This document shows, piece by piece, positions 39,001 to 52,464 of a stretch of 64,000 nucleotides of DNA; the stretch's first letter is position 1, and each line of letters begins with the position of its first letter. The notes beneath the pieces are model-generated. The model ran no database searches. It saw only the letters and a program-made list of their open reading frames with translations, and was not told the DNA's origin. A program made the position numbers and the translations under genes. Source of the DNA: Pristiophorus japonicus (lineage: Eukaryota); contig NC_091984.1 of NCBI RefSeq assembly GCF_044704955.1, positions 148,738,001-148,802,000 of the forward strand, given 5' to 3'.

Positions 39001-42000
39001 AATGTAAGCCCTATGAGGCCAAATGAAAACGGGGAAATCGCAGGAAGCTGAAGTTCAGCGAGTTCATGTGGAGCACATATACAGTTCATACACCAGGACG
39101 CCACCGATAATGATGAAAGTACTCCTTAATGGCATCCCAGTATCAATGGACCTAGACAGGGGGGCCAGCCAGTCCCTGATGAATATCAAACAGTTCGACC
39201 AGCTGTGGGCATCCAAGGCCAGGAGGCCAAAATTATTGCCGATTGATGCACAGCTACGGATATATACAAAGGAGATCATTCCGGTGCGAGGCAGCGCCAC
39301 GGTAGTCATGACCCGCAAAGATTCGGAGAACAGATTGCCACTCTGGATTGTCCCGGGGGACGGTCCCGCACTAATGGGGAGGAGTTGGCTTGCTGTCATG
39401 AACTGGAAATGGGGCGATGTCAATGCAATTTCTTCTGTGGAGCAAGTATCATGCTCACAGATCCTGGACAAATTTGACTCATTGTTTCAAACCGGGATTG
39501 GCACTTTCATGGGGACCAAGGTAGTGATTCATATAAACTCGGACACCAGGCTAGTACACCTCAAGGCCAGAGCGGTGCCGTACGAGATACGGGAAAAGAT
39601 AGAAGGCGAATTGGACCGCCTGCTGAGGGAAGGTATCATCTCGCCAGAAGAATTCAGTGACTGGGCGAGCCCGATTGTGCTGGTGGTCAAGGCGGATGGG
39701 TCGGTCAGGATATGTGGCGATTGCAAGGCGACCATCAATCGGGTGTCACTCCAAGACCAGTACCCGCTACCGAGAGCAGAGGACCTCTTTGCGACGCTAT
39801 CAGGTGGCAAACTTTTTTCAAACTTGGACCTGACCTCAGCTTACATGACCCAGGAGCTGGCGAGTGAGTCGAAGAAGCTGACCACCATCACGACACACAA
39901 GGGATTGTTTGAGTATAACAGATGTCCATTTGGGATTCGCTCGGCCACCGCGATCTTTCAACGAAATATGGAAAGTCTCCTCAAGTCGATTCCAAGGACG
40001 GTGATTTTTCAAGACGACATCCTCATCACGGGTTGCGATACTGAAGAACACCTCCACAACCTTGAGGAGGTGCTACGCAGACTGGACCGGGTAGGGCTGC
40101 GACTGAAAAAGGCGAAGTTCGTCTTCCTAGCTCCAGAGGTAGAATTCCTGGGGATGAGGGTAGCAGCAGACGGGATCAGACCTATTGCATCCAAAACGGA
40201 AGTGATCCAGAGAGCACCCAGACCCCGTAACACGACGGAGCTGCGTTCATTCCTGGGGCTCCTGAACTACTTTGGTAACATTATTCCCAAATTGAGCATG
40301 CTGTTAGAGCCGCTACATGTGCTCCTACGCAAAGGTCGCGAATGGGTCTGGGGGGACAGCCAGGAAAGGGCTTTTGATAGAGCACGAAATTTGTTCTGCT
40401 CCAACAATCTGTTAACGTTATATGACCCATGTAAGAAACTTGTTTTAACGTGCGATGCGTCGTCCTATGGGGTAGGGTGTGTGTTGCAGCATGTTAAAGC
40501 CAAGAGTCAGTTACAGCTGGTAGCTTGTGCCTCCAGAAGTCTGTCCCAGGCAGAACGGGGCTACGGGATGGTAGAAAAGGAAGTGCTTGCATGTGTATAT
40601 GCAGTAAAAAAAATGCACCAGATCCTGTTTGGCAGGAAATTTGAGCTGGAGACAAATCACAAACCCCTAACGTCCCTTTTGGCCAACAAGAAGGCCATAA
40701 ATGCAAATGCATTGGCCCGCATACAGAGGTGGGCACTCACGTTAGCCGCCTATGACTATACAATTTGGCACAGACCGGGCACTGAAAACTGCACTCAGCA
40801 GGCTTCCACTTGCCACCACCGAGGGGACAACCGAGCATGCTGCTGAGATGCTCATGGCTGTTGAAGCTTTCGAAAACGAAGACTCACCTGTGACAGCCCG
40901 TCAGATCAAAGTCTGGACAAATAGAGACCCGCTACTGTCTTTTGTCAAGAAATGTGTCCTGAATGGGGACTGGGCAGCCACGTACGGGGCATGACCTGAG
41001 GAATTCAAACCATTTCACAGGCGCAAGGATGAACTCTCGATTCAGGCCGATTACCTACTATGGGGAAATCGAGTAGTCATGCCCCAGATGGGCAGAGAGA
41101 TGTTCATCAGAGAACTCCACAATGAGCACCCGGGCATTGTCATGATGAAGGCAATTGCCAGGTCACACGTTTGGTGGCCAGGGATAGATGCAGACCTGGA
41201 ACTTTGTGTTTGCAGGTGCAACACGTGTGCCCAGCTGGGCAATGCGCCCAGGGAAGCCCCCCTTAGCCCCTGGTCCTGGCCCGCCAAACCATGGTCACGC
41301 ATCCATGTGGACTATGCAGGTCCTTTCATGGGAAAAATGTTTTTGGTTGTAGTGGACGCCTACTCCAAATGGATCGAGTGTGACATTCTCAATTCAAGCA
41401 CATCCTCTGCCACGGTAGAACGTCTACGGGTAATGTTCGCCGCCCATGGTCTACCGGACGTCTTGGTCAGTGACAATGGCCCGTGCTTCACAAGCATTGA
41501 ATTCCAGGACTTCATGGCAGGAAATGGTATCAACCATGTCAGAACGGCACTGTTCAAGCCGCCCTCAAACAGCCAGGCGGAACTAGCAGTGCAGATAATC
41601 AAACAGGGGATGCTCAGAATCCAAGGGGGTTCCCTACAAAGCCGCTTATCACGCCTCCTGTTGGCCAATAGATTCCACCCGCAGTGCTGCTAATGAAAAG
41701 GATGCTCAAAACCAGGTTATCCCTTATACACCCTACTATGAAAGAAATTGTTGAGAGCAGGCGCCAGGCACAATGTGACTATCATGACGGAAATGCGAGG
41801 GCGTGATGTATTGATGTCAATGACTTTGTCTATGTCCTCAACTAAGCTGCAGGGCCTAAATGGCTTGCAGGCACTGTGATTGCCAAAGAGCGGAATAGGA
41901 TTCTGATAGTTAAATTTAACAATGGACAAATCTGCTGCAAAGACGTGGATCAAACAAAAAGAAGGTTCAGCAACCCCATAGAAGAAGCAGAGGAAGAACA

Positions 42001-42468
42001 CGATGTAGAGTTGACTCCACCACAGGTGACCAAACACCGGAACCAAGCGAAGGAGAGCCCAGTCACTGTGGGCAGTCCGGGCAGGACCGAGGCACCGCAA
42101 ACAGCAGACACTCAGGCCAGCGCCCAACAACCGGAGCCCCAGCTCAGGCACTCTACAAGGGAGAGTAAACCACCAGAGAGACTTAACCTGTGAGCCCAAT
42201 AAGACTTTGGGGGGGAGGTAATGTCATGTATTTAACTGTCATTGTAACCTATGTATAAACTGACCTAAGTTGTACACCGTGAGAACATTGACCACTAGGT
42301 GGTGAACTTGTGGGAGACACTCCTAACCTGGACTTTCAGGTATAAAAGGGGAAGCTCCACCCACCTTCATCACTTGAGTGCTGGCTAAAAAAGGTTACTG
42401 GTCACAGAGTGACCTTCTCTCAAGTATGGACCTCGTGTGCATTTATACTGTATAGTAAGGACATATCA
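33059..42468 (+). mobile_element. Full-length degenerate Gypsy (Mag-like) LTR retrotransposon inserted in a CR1 3' end
   Basis: LTRs 33059-33296 and 42222-42468, TSD GATAG, PBS TGGTGACGAG. gag from ~33333 is split by a nested element; PR-RT-RH at 39023-40846 (FQDDILI); IN at 41079-41693. Confidence 0.96.
33910..38613 (-). mobile_element. Full-length degenerate Gypsy element nested in gag of the previous element
   Basis: LTRs 33910-34158 and 38367-38613, TSD GTTAA, PBS TGGCGACC. gag, PR (MELDTGAS), RT (FQDDILI), RH and IN fragments. Confidence 0.96.
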
Positions 42469-42819
42469 GATAGATTTTTGAATATTAAGGGAATCAAAGG
42501 ACATGGGGACAGTGCAGGAAAGTTGAGTTGAGGTAGAAGATCAGCCATGATCTCACTGAATGGCGGAGCAGGTTCGAGGTGCCAAATGGCCTACTCCGGT
42601 TCGGGAAGGGTAGAGGGGATGGGAGGCTGGAGGGGCATGTGAGGTAGGGGGGCAGGGAGGTGGGGAGGAAGTGGAGGGGTGAGGGATGGGGGAGTTGGAA
42701 TGGGGAGAGGGAGGGTGAGAGATGTGGTGTGAGGAGGGTGGGAGGGAAGTTGGGGAGCAGCTCGAGGTGGGGGGGGAGAATGGCTCGGTGGGGGGAGGGG
42801 GGAGGGTAGAGACCGACAT

Positions 42820-43235
42820 CGACTTCTTGTTAAGCAACGCCTCGATTTTTTTAATTCTCATCCTTGTTTTCAAATCCCTCCATAGCCTCGCCTCTCCCTA
42901 TCTCTGTAATCTCCTCCAGCCCCACAACCCCCCACCCCGCCCAAGATGTCTGCGCTCCTCTAATTCTGCCCTCCTGAGCATCTTTGATTATAATCGCTCA
43001 AACATTGGTGGCCGTGCCTTCTGTTGCCGAGACCCCAAGCTCTGGAACTCCCTCCCTAAACCTCTCCGCCTCTCTACCTCTCTTTCCTCCTTCAAGACGC
43101 TCCTCAAAACATACCTCTTTGGTCACCGACACTAATTTCTTCTTATGTGACTCGGTGTCAAATTTTGTATCTCATAATACTCCTGGGAAGTGCCTACTTT
43201 AAAGGCGCTATATAAATACAAGTTGTTGTTGTTGA
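42820..43235 (+). mobile_element. L2 LINE 3' fragment
   Basis: Same family as 12240-12915 (IGGRAFC..PKLWNSLP; GCTATATAAATACAAG(TTG)n). Confidence 0.88.
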
Positions 43236-43299
43236 ATTGAGGCAAAATCTGATATTCTGGATGTCGCCGCTCCTTTTAACGCACTCTCCAAAGCACACA

Positions 43300-45975
43300 C
43301 AGCAAATGCAACGCCCCTATTTAAAAAAGGAGGTAGACAGAAAGCAGGAAACGATAGACCAGTTAGCCTAACATCGGTCGTTGGGAAAATGCTGGAGTCC
43401 ATTATTAAGGAAGCAGTAGTAGGACATTTGGAAAAGCATAGTTCAATCAAGCAGAGTCAGCATGGTTTTATGAAAGGGAAATCATCTTTGACAAATTTTC
43501 TGGAATTCTTTGAGGATGTAACGAGCAGGGTGGATAAAGGGGAACCAGTGGATGTGGTGTATTTTGATTTCCAGAAGGCATTCGATAAGGTGCCACATAA
43601 AAAGCACAAGCTAAAAGTTCACGGGGTTGGGGATAATATATTAGCATGGATAGAGGATTGGCTAACTAACAGAAAACAGAGAGTCGAGATAAATGGGTCA
43701 TTTTCCCGTTGGAAAATGGTAACTAGTCTGGTGCCACAGGGATCGGTGCTGGGGCCTCATCTATTTACAATCTACATTAATTACTTAAATGAAGGGACTG
43801 AGCACAATGTAACCAAGTTTGCTGATGATACAATGAAGGACATTGAGCTATCCAACAAACACTGTTACACATTACACCAAATAAATGAAAAAGTAAGGGA
43901 GGAAATCGAGGAAATAATGGCCGCTCCACAATGGGATTTGGGATTCAATATTCAGATTCTCCCCTAGGTTCGAATGGTGTCTCACGTACTAGTTATTGTA
44001 CAGTTGGTTGTAGTGTTATAACTATTTATCTTGTTCTGTAAGTTAAAACAGAAAACAAAGGAAGGGAATATTGAAGGATTGTTAAGACAAAGCCAAAGTG
44101 TTTGTATGTAAACCTGAAGTCAGATCAAGGCCGAACATTTTTGTTGTAAAAGTGTTGGTTTGCCAGGAAAAAGTACTGTTTTTTGATGTAAAAAAGGAAT
44201 GTAATCTGGAATTTTTGACTGAGACTGCAATGCACCCAAATAGATCTCATGGAAAAAGAACAATTCCACAAGTAATGTCTCTAGTTTTATATTTACGAAA
44301 CATTAAAGGAGGGAGTGTAAGGTTACTAATCTTCAGAAAAGCACAGAAGGAGACCATGAACTAAAGATTAATACTAGCTTTTGGAATGTAATACAAGCTT
44401 TTGAAATGAAGCTGGACAATTAAGGACATTTTGGTCAGGAATCAAAACTGACTCCATGCATAACAAGAATGGAGTTGTTACGTGAGGCCCTGAACTTGAT
44501 TGACCAGGGTGGGGAAAACAAGCTCATTGGAGACACCAAGACTATAAAAAGACTGGACAACACCGGAACCACACCAGGTGTACATTTTCTGGGACGAGGT
44601 GTTAAGATGAGAAATCAACTTGAGTCTTGCAGACTCAGTGTGCAAATGGGAAAACAGATGAGTCCATTATTGCAGACAATCAACCAAGGGGACCAAAAAA
44701 CAATGTATAGATGCAAACACTTTATCAGAAACCGCAGTGGCGGGAGATCAATCATAACCTGGATATAAATATGTGAGCTAGAAGCAGCTCAGCAGAAGAC
44801 GGAAGAAGGACAGGAACAGACGGAAGAAGAAGCACACGTGTACAGGTGGACACAGGTCGAAAGAACGAACAGACGAATGGACGGAAAGACATGTTGTTCG
44901 GAACATACACAGAGGGAACAGCACTGCAGAGAACGGCCAGAAGAAGAACCAACCGGTCACAGAACCAACAACCACAAACCTACAATAGCTACAGCCGGGA
45001 AGGGCGATTGTATGTCTTCAGTCGATTTCTAAGAATCAGAGTGGAGAAAAAACAATCACCCTAGAATAAAAGATGGGTGGGAAAGCAAATTGTGAGGTGG
45101 ACACAAATAGTCTGCAAAGGGATATAGACAGGCTAAGTGAGTGGGCAAAAATTTGGCAGATGGAGTATAATGTGGGAAAATGTGAGGTTTTCCACTTTGG
45201 CAGAAAGAATAGAAAAGCAAATTAATTTTCAAATGGAGAAAGATTGCAACCTGCTGCAGTACAGAGGGACCTTGTGCATGAAACGGAAAAAGTTAGGATG
45301 CGGGTACAGCAATAATCAGGAAGGCAAATGGAATGTTGGCCTTTATTGCAAGGGAGATAGAGTATAAAAGCAGAGAATTCCTGCTACAACTGTACAGGGT
45401 ATTGGTGAGGACACACCTGGAGTACTGCATACAGTTTTGGTCACCATACTTAAGAAAAGATAGACCTGCATTGGAGGCAGTTCAGAGAAGGTTCACTAGG
45501 TTGATTCTGGAGATGAGGGGGTTGACTTATGAGGATAGGTTGAGTAGGTTAGGCCTACAATCATTGGCATTCAGAAGAATGAGAGGTGATTTTATTGAAA
45601 CATATAAGATAATGAGGGGGCGACAAGGTGGATGCAGTGAGGATATTTACACTCATAGGAGAAAATAGTACTAGGGGTCATAGTCTCAGAATAAGGGGCT
45701 GTCAATTTAAAACTCAGTTGAGGAGGAATTTCTTCTCTCAGAGGCTTGTAAATCTGTGGACTTCTCTGCCCCAGAGAGCTGTATAGGCTGGGTCATTGAA
45801 TATATTTAAGGTGGAGATAGACAGATTTTTGAGCGATAAGGAAATAAAGGGTTATGGGGAGCAGGCAGGGAAGTGGAGCTGAGTCCATGATCAGATCAGC
45901 CATGATCTTATTAAATGGCGGAGCAGGCTCGAGGTCCCAGGTGGCCGACTCCTGCTCCTATTTCTGATGTTCTTA
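43300..45975 (+). mobile_element. CR1 RT/3' fragment split by a ~1.2-kb insertion (43834-~45068)
   Basis: [16 protein letters not shown] at 43389-43833 resumes as (K)MGGKAN at ~45070; CR1 tail at ~45960. Confidence 0.88.
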
Positions 45976-47477
45976 TCCCTTAATACCCTTACCCAACAGG
46001 GCGCTGATGGTGCTGGAGAACCAGCCTGAGCCTCAGATCCTGAACTGCACAATGGACTGAGACAAGGAGGGAGTAAAGTGATTGCAGAGTGGCGACTGGC
46101 TGGACCCCTGGTCCCCGAGCCCCCTCCCCGACTGCCACCCCCCACCCTGGTCCCCTGAGACCCCTCCCCTCCGCGACCTCCCGGCCCCAGTCCTCCCGAC
46201 CCTGGTCTCCCCAGATGCCCTGTCCTTCCAGGGACCCCCCCGATTGCCTCAGTTGCCCCGTTCCCCTCAGTCCCCCGTTCCACACAAGGGCAGTCCCCGA
46301 TCACTGCACCCTCCCGCCCCCCACTCCCCTACCAACACCCCAGGAGCTGGAGCTCATACACGCACACACTCACACACCTACAGACGGTGCTGGGTAACAT
46401 TCACACACACACACACACACCTACAGGTGGTGCTGGGTAAGCCACACTAACACTCAGGGACATGTACATGGTGATACACTGATTGCTCTTCTCCCGAAGC
46501 TGAGGCCTCACTCGGTACAGTTTTGTGCTGCTGCTACGAGCCACATGTGAAGGAGAGAGAATGCAACGTTGTGACTATGGTCTCCTGTCCCCAGATTGCC
46601 CCCAGCAGTCAGCACAGAGTGCACAGTGTGATCCCACCATCGGGGGCTGCCCCAACACCCGCAGTGTGCAGAGTGAGAGCCAATGCTCAGACTGGGATGG
46701 TTTAATCCCAGCAGCTTTTAGTGTCTCTATGTTTAATCTTGTGCACTCCAGGGTTTCAAGGTCAAATTTATCATTTTAAAATGATTGATAATTGGCTTTG
46801 AATCAAAACTCCTGCTGCCGTGCCATTGATTGACAGCCCACCCAGCCAATCAGGACAGACACTTACTGAAATGCAGCCAATCCAGCTGAGGGGGAGGTGG
46901 GACATTTCCAAAGCACTCGCCAGACACAGACTGAATATTCTTCACGTTTATTGCCTTTTACAGATTCACATTTACAGAAACAAGATTTGAATAAACAGCC
47001 CAGCGAGAGCGAGCTGGAGACATTCACAGGGAGAATGCAGCTTTATTAAAACAGTTGTGGGGATTTTCTCCACACCGTGAGAATCCTGTCCCTTTAAACG
47101 GGGACAAAACCTTAAATTGTAACAGCAGGGTGAGCAGGGAGGAGGTCTGCTTACTGAAGCGGCACTTCGCAGTTTAACATTAGTTTTACTCTGCTGACAG
47201 TCTTCAGCATCTTCGAGAGGTTTTACTTGGCAGCACGAGTCAACACTGTCCCATCAAACCCTCCCAGGGCAGGTACAGCACGGGTTAGATACAGAGTAAA
47301 GCTCCCTCCACACTGCCCCAATAATGTGCCTTACCCCCTGACCCTCAGATGCTTTCCCTGACCCAGGCCCGAGAAGGAAGAGAGTAGAAATGCAGTGCTG
47401 ACAATGATCTTTGCCCTCCCGGCTCACCCCCTGTTCTATTTAAAGTTGTGTCTCCCCCGCGGACTGTCCCTGACACA

Positions 47478-47805
47478 CTACGCACATTCTGCTCTCCTGA
47501 CTCCCTTGCTGAGGGGAGAGGAGAGGCTCTCGTGGGTGAGGCTGCAGGAGAAGCTGGCGTTGGACTCCCAGTCGGAGCCAGAGAGGGTCAGCAGGCTGCT
47601 GACACTGTAGGTGTTGTCCGAAGCTCGCAGGTAGTCGCTGGTCTGGACCCGGCCGAAATGGTCGCCTCGTCCTTCTTCCACTCCACCTCCACCGCATCGG
47701 GGTAGAAGTGATCGGTGAGGCACACCAGGGTGGCAGTGCCCTTGGTCTTGACCTCCTCCGGGGAGGGGGGCAGCAGGGTCAGCGTGGGTGGTGTCTTCCC
47801 TCGGC
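47478..47805 (-). pseudogene. IGKC: Ig kappa-type light-chain constant exon with a 1-nt frameshift near 47649
   Basis: Acceptor TTTTCAG, then RGKTPPTLTLLPPSPEEVKTKGTATLVCLTDHFYPDAVEVEWKKD...[shift]...VQTSDYLRASDNTYSVSSLLTLSGSDWESNASFSCSLTHESLSSPLSKGVRRAECA*. AATAAA at 47042-47047 and 46947-46952. Confidence 0.93.
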
Positions 47806-48112
47806 CTGAAAATGAGGAGAAGGATGTTTAATAGGTGTATATTAGTGTGTCTGTAAGTGCATCTGTGTGTTTCTCTCTCTGTGTGTGGGTGTGTGTGATT
47901 CTGTGTGTGTGTGTGTGTGTGTGTGTGTCACTGTGGGTGTTTCCGTGTGGGGATAATTCACATCGGATAACGGAGAGCTGGGTTAATGAACTCCTGGCTG
48001 GCGATTAACCATTAGCGGCGAGCAACACAAATTCTTAATCTTCTTTGCCTCGCTTGATCAGTTTAATCTAAATATAAATGCGTTTGATGTTAATGTGATT
48101 AAAATTTTTTTT

Positions 48113-48553
48113 AACTTGCATTTATATTATGCCTTTCACAACCACCAGACATCTCAAAATGCTTTACAGCCAATGAAGTACTTTTGGAGTGTAGTCACTG
48201 TTGCAATGTGGGAAACACAGCAGCCAATCTGTGCACAGCAAGCTCCCACAAACAGCGATGTGATAACGACCTGATAATCTGTTCTTTTGTCATGTTGGTT
48301 GAGGGAGAAATATTGACTAGGGAGAACTCCCTTGCTTTTCTTAAAAATAGTGGCATGGGATCTTTTACATCCACCTCAGAGGGCAGACATGCCACGTTTC
48401 ATCCAAAAGATGGCACCTCCGACAGTGCGGTACTCCCTCAGCACTGCACTGCAGTGTCAGCCTCGATTTTTGTGCTCAAGTCCTGGAGTGGGACTTGAAC
48501 CCACAACCTTCTGACTCAGAGGCGAGAGTGCAACGCACTGAGCTACGGCTGAT
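48113..48553 (-). mobile_element. tRNA-derived Deu-domain SINE (SacSINE1-like), near full length
   Basis: Head TAGCTCAGTG..GGTTCAAGTCC, central conserved domain, L2-like tail. Further fragments at ~49570-49760, 52130-52405 and 53630-53830. Confidence 0.85.
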
Positions 48554-49759
48554 ACTCAAAATCATATTGGCCTGTTGTATAAACATCTGCAGTGCAGGGT
48601 TGGCACACATTCAGCACTGAAATGGTTAACAGTAAGAGTCGGTAAAGACTGAGTGTCCCGTTAAGACATTGTTCACTGGCAGGAAGCTCGAACTGTGGAT
48701 GGGTGGATACAGGGGAAACAGGCTCAGCAGTGAGAAAGCTCAGATCACACACAGATCGGGAGAACTTTATCCGGGAACATTGCGGCACACTTGTATAAAC
48801 ACACTTCAGCAAGGCTTCATGTTGGGTGTCGGTGTAGAAGCTTCTCGATTGCATTTAAAAGCTTGCTGCCCAGCACCGGGTGAGTCAAAGGTGATTTACA
48901 ATTAGCCTCAGTGTACCGGGGTCAGGCAGGGTCACTGCTCCCAATGATCCCGTGACCTCCTGGAAGGTCAGAGTGCGCGGACAATGGGCGAGGGTCAGGA
49001 TCAGGGCCCTCCCACTTCAATGAAAGAAAGCCTTGAATTTATATTGCGCCTTTCACAACCTCAGGATGTCCCAAGGTGCTTTACAACCAATTGCACACAG
49101 GAAGATTTACGAGGATGTTGCCTGGACTGGAAAATTTTAGCAATGAGGAAAGATTGGATAGGCTGGGTTTATTTTCTTTGGAATAGAGGAGGCTGAGGGG
49201 AGACCTTATTGAGGTGTATAAAAAGATAGTGTGGATAGGATGGACCTGTTTCCCTTAGTAGGCTGGTCAACAATCAGGGGATATATTTACAATAATTGGT
49301 AGGAAGTTTCGAGGGGATTTGAGGGGAAATGTCTTCACCCAGAGGGTGGTGGGTATCTGGAACTCACTGCCTGAAACTATGGCAGAGACAGAAACCCTCA
49401 CCATATTTAAAAAGTACTTGGATGTGCACTTGACGTGCGATAACCCACAGGGCTGTGGACCCAGAGCTGGAAAGTGGGATTAGGCTGGATAGATCTTTGC
49501 CAGCCGGTGCGGACACGATGGGTCAAATGGTCTCCTTTCATGCTGTAAATTTCTCTGATTCTATGAAGCTCCCAGACTGCAATGAGATTATGACCAGATC
49601 ATCGGTTTTAACTATGTTGGTTGAGGGATAAATATTGGCCAGGACACTGGGAAGAACCCCCTTGCCCTTCCAATAGTAATTATGGGATCTTTCATGTGCA
49701 CCTGAGAGGGCAGATGGGACTTCGGTTTAACATCTCATCAGAAAGACGGCACCTCAGAC

Positions 49760-52090
49760 AGAGGGATGATATGTTAGAAGGATCATCAAATGAGTTAAAC
49801 TGATGAACATAAAAGGGGCGATCACACTGCTGGGAGTGCACTATAGACCCCTAAACAGTCAGAGGGAGATAGAAAAGAAAATATGTCGGCAAATTGCTGA
49901 CAAGGTCAAAAATATTCGGGCAGCAATAGTCGGGGATTTCAACTCCCCTCACATTAACTGGGATGGAATCAGTGTCAAAGGTATAGAGGGCGCAGAATTC
50001 TTCAAATGCATTCAGGAGAACTTTTCTAGCCAGTACGTAGCAAGCCCAACAAGGGAGGAGACGGTTCTGGGCTTAGTTTTAGGGAATGAAACTGGGCAGG
50101 TGGAAGGGGTATCAGTGGGAGAGCATTTTGGTGCTAGTGATCATAATTCAGTTAGATTTAGTGTAGTTATGTAAAAGAACAAAGATAGAGCAGGAATAAA
50201 ATTTCTCAATTGGAGAAAGGCCCATTTTACGAAGCTGAGAGGTGATTCAGAAAAAGTGGGCTGGAAACAGCTACTTGAAGGTAAATCAGTGTCAGAGCAG
50301 TGGGAGGCATTTAAGGGGGAGATAGTGAGGGTTCAGAGCAAGTATGTTCTCACAAAGGAAAAGAGTGGCGCTCCCAAATCTACGGCCCCCTAGATATCAA
50401 AGGGCATAAAGGGTAGGATAAGGCTAAAAAGGGAAGATACTGTCAGATACCCAGAGCTAAATGCTGCAGAAAGCCCAGAGGTGTATAGAACGTGCAGGGG
50501 TGTAATTCAAAAGGAAATTAGGAATGCAAAGAGAGGGCATGAAAAAATATTGGCAAGTAAAATCAAGGAAAATCCAAAGATATTTTAGAAATACATAAAG
50601 AGCAAGAGGATAACTAAGGAAAGAGTTGGGCCTATTGGAGAACAAAAAGGTAACCTGTGTGTGGAGGCGGAAGATGTGGGTATGGTTCATAGTGAATACT
50701 TTGCGTCTGTCTTCACAGAAGAGAGCGACAATGCAGACATTGTAATTAAGGAGAAGTGTGAAATATTAGATGAGATAAACATAGTGAGAGAGGAAGTATT
50801 AAGGGGTTTAGCAGCTTTGAAAGTGGAAAAATCACCAGGCCTGGATTAAATGTATCCCAGGTTGTTAAGAGAAGCAAGGGAGGAAATAGCAGAGGCTCTG
50901 ACCATCATTTTTCAATCCTCTCTGGCTACAGGTGTCGGAGGACTGGAGGACTGCTAACGTGTTACCTTTGTTTAAAAATTGAGACAGGGATAGACCGAGT
51001 AATTACAGGCCAGTTAGCTTAACCTCGGTGGTGCGAAAATTATTGGAAACAATTCTGAGGGAGAGGAAAAATTGTCACATAGAAAGGGACGGATTAATCA
51101 AGGACAGTCAGCAGGGATTAGTTAAGGGAAGGTCGTGCCTGACTAACTTGATTGTATTTTTTGCGGAGCTAACAAGGAGGGTCGATGAGTGTTGCACCTC
51201 TGATGTAGTCGACACGGATTTTTGCAAGGCTTTTGGCAAGGTCTCACATGGCAGAAAAGTAAAAAGCCCAGTGATCCAAGGAAAAGTGGCAAGTTAGATC
51301 CAAAATTGGCTCAGTGGCAGGAAGCAAAGGGTAATGGTCAACGGGTGTTTTTGTGACTGGAAGGCTGTTTCAAGTGGGGTTCCGCTGGGCTCAGTATTAC
51401 GTCCCTTGCTCTTTATAATATACACCAATGAGTTGGACTTCAATGTAGGGGACATGATTAAGAAGTTTGTAGATGATACAAAAATTCACCGTGCGGTTGA
51501 TAATGAAGAAGAAAGCTGTAGACTGCAGGAAATAATCAATGGACTGGTCAGGTGGGCAGAACAGTGGCAAATGGAATTCAATACAGAGAAGTGTGAGGTA
51601 ATGCATTTTGGCGAGAGCTAACAAGGCAAGGGAATACACATTAAATGCTAGGACCCTGAGAAGTGTAGAGGAACAAATGGACTTTGGAGTGCATGTCCAC
51701 AGATCCCTGAAGGTAGCAGGCCAGGTAGATAAGTTGGTTCAGAAGGCAATACGGGATACTTGCCTTTATTAGTCGAGGCATAGAATACAAGACCAAGGAG
51801 GTTATGCTATAACTTTACAAAATTATGAGGGGTCTAGATAGAGTGGATAGAGCAGAGAGATCAACAACCAGGTGACGTAGATTTAAAGTAATTGATAGAA
51901 GGATTAGAGGGTAGTTGAGGAGAATCCATTTCACCCAGAGGGTGGTGAGGTCTGGAACTCACTGCCTGAAAGGGTGATCGAGGCAGAAACCCTCACCACA
52001 TTTAAGAAGTACTTGGATGTGCACTTCAAGTGCCGTAACCCACAGGGCTATGGACCAAGAGCTGGAAAGTGGGATTAGGCTGGATAGATC
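49760..52090 (+). mobile_element. Degenerate CR1 ORF2 in the J-C intron
   Basis: VGDFNSP, SDHN, GVPLGSVL, KFVDDTK motifs with many stops. Further CR1 3' pieces at 49090-49565, 53085-53535 and 54365-54860. Confidence 0.9.
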
Positions 52091-52464
52091 TTTGTCGGCA
52101 GATAAGCCGAATGGTGTCAACAAGTAGCCCAGTTGGTAGCACCCTCGCATCTGAGTCAGAGATTGTGGGTTCAAATCAGACACTGGTGTCCTGGCCAATA
52201 TTTATCCCTCAATCAACATAACAAAAGCAGGTTATTTGGTCATCAGCACATTGCTGTTTGTGGGAGCTTGCTGTGCACAAATTGGCTGCTGCGTTTCCTA
52301 CATTACAACAGTGACTACACTTCAAAAAGTATTTCATTGGTGGTAAAGCACATTGGGATGTCTGGTGGTCGTGAAAGGCGCTATATAAATGCAAGTCTTT
52401 CTTTTCTCAGAGCCGAGTGCTAGTGACTGAGCCATGGCTGATATCTCACGGTCGATTAGCCTGA

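Noticed and set aside
895-47000. Plus-strand J or C partner for V1, or a germline-joined VJ
   Set aside because: No FGxG J motif with 23-RSS and no C-domain motif seen on the plus strand by eye. Both Vs still carry RSSs, so they are unjoined.
48470-48553. tRNA gene
   Set aside because: The A/B boxes belong to a SINE head attached to a Deu-like body and L2-like tail.
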